From a virus, in IMG/VR virus record IMGVR_UViG_3300045988_072490: a stretch of 36,675 nt of DNA; one strand, given 5' to 3'. The translations under genes and the position numbers were made by a program. Under the pieces are notes generated by a model that saw only the letters and a program-made list of their open reading frames with translations, was not told where the DNA came from and searched no databases. Shown here piece after piece: positions 32,611-36,675 of the stretch; position 1 is the stretch's first letter, and each line of letters begins with the position of its first letter.

Positions 32611-33603
32611 ATGAAAAAGTTTGAAAAATTACGAATAATCGAGGCAGGAGAAACCAAAAATGCCATAGAGGACAACGGGAAAAGATATAAATTAGTCATT
32701 TCCGCAAAATGTTTTCCGTCCCTCGTGGCGTTAGGAAATGAGCGTCCGATTCACGCACGCCGCACACATAACGGCGATGATTTGTTAGACGGGTATATAG
32801 GGCATTTTACCAACTTCTCGCATGATGAAAACGCGGTCTACGCGGATTTAGTAATGTCGGAAGCGTTGGAAACTGCGTACCCTTCTGAATTCGCCTTCAT
32901 GGTAGCCATGATTGAGAAGGAACCGGAGTTGCTAGGTGTATCCGTCAATCAAATGGACGTTAAAGTTTTCGATGATGAAGCGGAAACCGCTACTGTTACA
33001 GAGGTGACGGAACTTTTCAGCGCTGATTTGGTAGGGCTTCCCGCCGCGACTAGTTCACTATTTAGCAATAATAATTTTAAAAATTCAAAGAACATGAGCA
33101 AATTTTCATTTAAAGGCCTGATTTCGTCTTTCTCCAAGACGAATCTAGCGACCGAGACATTTACAACCGTAGACGGAACAGAAATCGTAGTTTCCGCAGC
33201 AGGTGACGAAGTGCAGGTAGGCGACGCCGTTACACTAGCGGACGGAAACCCGGCGCCGGACGGAGATTATCAAATTACCACGCCGGACGGGGATATTATT
33301 CTAGTCGTTGAGGGTGGTGTAATCGCAGGAGTCAAAGACGTAGAGGTAGAAGAACTTGCAGAGGATACCGAAACCGAGGAAGAGAAGAAAACGCCCACAC
33401 CGGAAGAACTTGCAACGTTACAAGCCGAGGTTACCGCGCTAAAGGCGGAAATTTCCGCACTGAAAACACAGTTAAACCGCAAGTCCGGAACTCCGAAGCC
33501 CGCAAAGACCGAGGTTAAGACCGAGGAAAACAAGGGAGAAACAAAACTAAGCCGTGAAGCCGTTCAAAAGGCATTCTTGGAGAACCGCAAAAAATGGCGC
33601 TAA
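32611..33603 (+). CDS. Prohead protease/scaffolding protein candidate (330 aa)
   Basis: Lies immediately upstream of the capsid gene. The N-terminal half (RPIHARRTHNGDD...GYIGHF...LLGVSVNQ) resembles S78-type prohead protease spacing. The C-terminus is acidic and coiled-coil (EELATLQAEVTALKAEISALKTQL), as in scaffolds. Confidence 0.5.
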   Translation: MKKFEKLRIIEAGETKNAIEDNGKRYKLVISAKCFPSLVALGNERPIHARRTHNGDDLLDGYIGHFTNFSHDENAVYADLVMSEALETAYPSEFAFMVAMIEKEPELLGVSVNQMDVKVFDDEAETATVTEVTELFSADLVGLPAATSSLFSNNNFKNSKNMSKFSFKGLISSFSKTNLATETFTTVDGTEIVVSAAGDEVQVGDAVTLADGNPAPDGDYQITTPDGDIILVVEGGVIAGVKDVEVEELAEDTETEEEKKTPTPEELATLQAEVTALKAEISALKTQLNRKSGTPKPAKTEVKTEENKGETKLSREAVQKAFLENRKKWR

Positions 33604-33636
33604 ATAATTAATTAACAACTAAAAAACTAGAAAATT

Positions 33637-34590
33637 ATGGCATTTACATTTAGTGATTTAAACAAACTGAACATTGACAGTTTATCCGAGGTTATCTCCT
33701 TGACACTTGGTTTGGAGGGCGAACTTTCCACAGGCGTAACGGTGCTTTCCGGCATTGAGAAAGGAAAGCCTATTCTTACATTCACCGCTACCGACAAGGC
33801 GGTAAGACGTTCCGCAGGTTGCGACAGCGAGTACAAGTACAGCGCGGTGCAGGACAAAGTTAAGTATTACGACCATGCGCAAATCGAATTGCCTATTGTG
33901 GTATGTTTGCAGGACTTGTGGGGTAAAATGGTTGCAAAGGGTGTGCACCTTTCTGACAACTTCGACCAAACACAGTTGGCCGCATTCATGCAGAGCGAGA
34001 TTTTGAAAGTGTTGGAGGCTGATATGTTGCGTCTCGTATGGTTGGACGGTTTGAAAACTTCCGATACCACGGGCGAATACACAGTATTTAAAAATGGTGG
34101 TATCATCAAGCAGATGCAGACATCAACCGAGGATATCAAGCCATTGACACCCACCGACCAGGATAGCGTATTGGACTGTCTGAAATGGTGTATCGACAAC
34201 CAACGCCCGGACCAACTGAACGACTCCGAATTTTTCGTATCTAGCAACGTTATGCGCGCGTACAAGAATCTTGTAGAATCCAAAGATAATCATTTGGCGC
34301 AGGCTAACATGGAGGACGGAAAACCCGCATACTACTTTGAGGGCTATAAAATCAACGAGTTGCGCCACGTATCTAACAGCGCTAAGGGTGACGCATTAAC
34401 GGTTCGGTCATTTATCGCGTTCACGCCGAAGACCAACATTCAGTTGGCGTTGGAAGATTCCGCATTGAACATTGCGCCGTTTATCCAGGACGCGAAAGAT
34501 AGAAAGTATTACAGTACTACTGTATTCGCTGCTGATGCTATGTTAGCCGTTCCACAGTACATGAAACTGTGTACAGCGGCAACAGTTTAA
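33637..34590 (+). CDS. Major capsid protein candidate (317 aa)
   Basis: Size and position after the scaffold/protease gene; the composition is typical of HK97-fold capsid proteins. Not verified by search. Confidence 0.6.
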   Translation: MAFTFSDLNKLNIDSLSEVISLTLGLEGELSTGVTVLSGIEKGKPILTFTATDKAVRRSAGCDSEYKYSAVQDKVKYYDHAQIELPIVVCLQDLWGKMVAKGVHLSDNFDQTQLAAFMQSEILKVLEADMLRLVWLDGLKTSDTTGEYTVFKNGGIIKQMQTSTEDIKPLTPTDQDSVLDCLKWCIDNQRPDQLNDSEFFVSSNVMRAYKNLVESKDNHLAQANMEDGKPAYYFEGYKINELRHVSNSAKGDALTVRSFIAFTPKTNIQLALEDSALNIAPFIQDAKDRKYYSTTVFAADAMLAVPQYMKLCTAATV

Positions 34591-34612
34591 CCAATTAAAA
34601 TCAACTAAAATT

Positions 34613-35146
34613 ATGGCTTGTATAAAAGCACTAGACAAGGCGATACAGTATAACTGCGAATTGGGCGCGGTTGGTTTAAGGGAGTTATACCTTATCAACT
34701 TCGCCGACATTACCGCTATGACTGCAACAGCCACGAATATCATAACAGCCATAACCTTAAGGGCGGGAGCTAAAACAGTTCCCGTCGATACGGTTAAAAA
34801 TGGCGCTAAAGTGGTGGAGGCAATGAAGGCTACGGACGTGTCTAACGGAATAGACCAAACATTGACTATTACACTGTATAACAAGTCCTTTTCCAGTACG
34901 CAAATCATTGACGCCCTTATGAACGGGCGGTTTATGGCGGCGGTATCATATAAGGACCTCAACGCTAAACAGAGTATGTTAGGCGCTTTTTGCGGTTTGG
35001 AAATTTCCGACATTCAGACGGACAGCAGCGCGAACGGGGGTTTTACCTCTATCACGTTAAAGACGCCGGACGATGCGAAAGGGGAGAAACGGATGTTAAT
35101 AGATGCGGCTCCCTGGACTACAATAGTTAACGCTAAACTTACATAA
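34613..35146 (+). CDS. Structural paralog 1 of 3 (177 aa), possibly a tail-tube or capsid-accessory protein
   Basis: Shares MACIKxL, Cys15, LINF/Y, NGRF and ANGGFTSITLKTPD with the next two ORFs. Confidence 0.65.
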   Translation: MACIKALDKAIQYNCELGAVGLRELYLINFADITAMTATATNIITAITLRAGAKTVPVDTVKNGAKVVEAMKATDVSNGIDQTLTITLYNKSFSSTQIIDALMNGRFMAAVSYKDLNAKQSMLGAFCGLEISDIQTDSSANGGFTSITLKTPDDAKGEKRMLIDAAPWTTIVNAKLT

Positions 35147-35148
35147 CT

Positions 35149-35679
35149 ATGGGATGTATATCAAAATTAAATAGAGCTATCCTAGTGGACTGCGACGCGG
35201 GCGCCACGGGCATTGAAGAATTGTTGCTAATCAATTATTCCGAGATTGCTACGCGCGACTTGTCCGCCGGACAAGCTACGTTAACGCTCTCTAGCGGGGG
35301 CAAAGCTATCTTAGTGGAGTCCAATAAGAAAGGCGTTAACGCCTCATCAGAAGCCCGTATTAACGACAATGCGCCCGCCGGACTTGCTGATTCCGTGACC
35401 TTTACGATTTACGGAAAAGATAAAAATAGCGCGGATATCGTGAACCGCATTTTAAACGGTCGGTTCGTGGCAGTCGCTAAGATGAAAGAGAAAAATGTAT
35501 TCCGTGTGTACGGTCTAGTGTATGGGCTTACTATGTCGGCCTACACAGAAGAGGCCAATGCAAACGGTGGGTTTACAACAATAACGTTAACGACGCCGGA
35601 AAACGTGATAGGTGAGCAGCGCGCGCACTTCAATCCGACGACATATACGACGTTAAGAACGGGCGCTATTGTAGCGTAA
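35149..35679 (+). CDS. Structural paralog 2 of 3 (176 aa)
   Basis: MGCISKL, Cys15, LINY, NGRF, YGL and ANGGFTTITLTTPE. Confidence 0.65.
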   Translation: MGCISKLNRAILVDCDAGATGIEELLLINYSEIATRDLSAGQATLTLSSGGKAILVESNKKGVNASSEARINDNAPAGLADSVTFTIYGKDKNSADIVNRILNGRFVAVAKMKEKNVFRVYGLVYGLTMSAYTEEANANGGFTTITLTTPENVIGEQRAHFNPTTYTTLRTGAIVA

Positions 35680-35691
35680 AGGAGGTATAAT

Positions 35692-36240
35692 ATGGCATGT
35701 ATTAAAAAATTAGCGGGCAATATAACATACGATTGCGCAAGCGCGGGTAGTATCCTGACTATCGGCGAAGTGGACGAACTTATATTAGTCAACTATGACG
35801 ACATAAGTACATTTGCAGAATCTGCCGGGGTGGCTACGATAACTATGAAATCTACTACAAAAGGGTACATGGTCACTAGCGTTAACAACTCCATTAGCGT
35901 CACGATAGCGGCGAGAATTAACGACTTTGTGGCGACGGCGCAGGAACACAGCGTTATTGTTAACATCTTGTCAAACGGAGGGGCCCCTGACGGGGCTGTA
36001 CTCGTGAATGTGGTTGACGCGTTGCAGAATGGCTCTTATGCGGCCTTCACAAAAACAACGCTAGGTCAGTATTACGTGTACGGGCTATTGTCTAGCCTGG
36101 AATGCTCCGAAATTACGGGGGATTCGGCAGCGGGCGGTCGCGTTCAAGTGACGTTGAAAACACCGGATTCCGCAGGAGGCGACAGAATGCTAGCGGTATC
36201 ACAAGCCACTTATGACGGACTTAAGACACCGAAAGCGTAA
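35692..36240 (+). CDS. Structural paralog 3 of 3 (182 aa)
   Basis: MACIKKL, Cys15, LVNY, NGSY, YGL and AAGGRVQVTLKTPD. Confidence 0.65.
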   Translation: MACIKKLAGNITYDCASAGSILTIGEVDELILVNYDDISTFAESAGVATITMKSTTKGYMVTSVNNSISVTIAARINDFVATAQEHSVIVNILSNGGAPDGAVLVNVVDALQNGSYAAFTKTTLGQYYVYGLLSSLECSEITGDSAAGGRVQVTLKTPDSAGGDRMLAVSQATYDGLKTPKA

Positions 36241-36264
36241 CAACAGACTAAAATTTAATTACAA

Positions 36265-36675
36265 ATGGAAAGATTACAAGATATTGGACAAATTTTGGCG
36301 CTGTGTGTGCGCATGACTAACTTAAAGTTGGAGGCTTCGTGCGGTTTTGACAGACAGTTCGCCGCACAATGGTATGAAAACGAGTATTTGACCGGAAAAC
36401 ACACGCGCTACGTGATGAAACCGGACTTGTCGATTACATCATACGAGGACGGAAAGGTGTACCGCGCATTTAATTGCGATGATGCAAAGGCCGTTGAACT
36501 AATGGAGGCGAACCCGGAATACCGCGATTACTTTATCGATATGGAATCGGTATCCGTTACCATTCCGGAACTAGGGGATGACCCGTTTGCACCGGAGCCG
36601 GGAGTAACAGAACCTACCGAACCGGGAGTAACAGAACCTACCGAACCGGGAGTAACAGAACCTACCGAACCGGGA
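36265..36675 (+). CDS. 5' portion of the wrap-around ORF (137 complete codons to the window end; continues at base 2, or at base 74 if the overlap is collapsed)
   Basis: ATG at 36265 with no stop before the window end. The last codons read PGVTEPTE PGVTEPTE PGVTEPTE PG. Confidence 0.65.
   Translation, partial: MERLQDIGQILALCVRMTNLKLEASCGFDRQFAAQWYENEYLTGKHTRYVMKPDLSITSYEDGKVYRAFNCDDAKAVELMEANPEYRDYFIDMESVSVTIPELGDDPFAPEPGVTEPTEPGVTEPTEPGVTEPTEPG
36598..36675 (+). repeat. 24-bp tandem repeat (PGVTEPTE), 3.25 copies, continuous with the repeat at 1-90
   Basis: Read directly; codon-phased units begin at 36598, 36622 and 36646. Confidence 0.95.

Overview
The window is a complete, circularly closing tailed dsDNA phage genome (Caudoviricetes). 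Bases 1-73 are identical to bases 36603-36675, so the unique length is about 36.6 kb, and one ORF reads across the junction. All credible genes (about 50) are on the + strand and tightly packed, with many ATGA/TAATG start-stop overlaps. I saw no integrase, tRNA, rRNA, CRISPR array or transposase.

Gene content splits into two arms.
- Early/replication arm (3865-19007): HTH protein, DUF2800-like PD-(D/E)XK nuclease, DUF2815-like SSB, family A DNA polymerase, primase-polymerase/VirE helicase, VRR-NUC nuclease, SNF2 helicase and C5 cytosine methyltransferase. It also carries an island of small ORFans.
- Late arm (19783 to the window end, wrapping to 3211): TerS, TerL, a beta-helix fibre-like protein, a protein with BACON-like repeats, a tape-measure-like protein, protease/scaffold, major capsid protein, three tandem paralogs, a likely portal, holin, M15 endolysin and a spanin-like protein.

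Promoter boxes of the Bacteroidota type (TTTG ... TAnnTTTG) and the BACON-like modules point to a Bacteroidota host. This is inference.

The most unusual observation is a pair of paralogous structured non-coding elements of about 350-480 bp (3231-3660 and 19290-19770). Each sits exactly at the head of one arm and ends in a promoter. Each is packed with ATCTGTGACAC-type iterons in both orientations around an AT-rich core, and has alternative local and long-range inverted repeats whose sequences differ between the two copies.

Other points worth a second look:
- a second repeat family (TTGAGARRAAAGTTTTTTC) upstream of element B
- a 32-nt promoter cassette present three times
- self-contained promoter-gene-terminator units
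- small membrane-peptide ORFs missed by the ORF track
- four in-frame coding tandem repeats

All family assignments come from motifs read by eye and recalled from memory. No database search was run.
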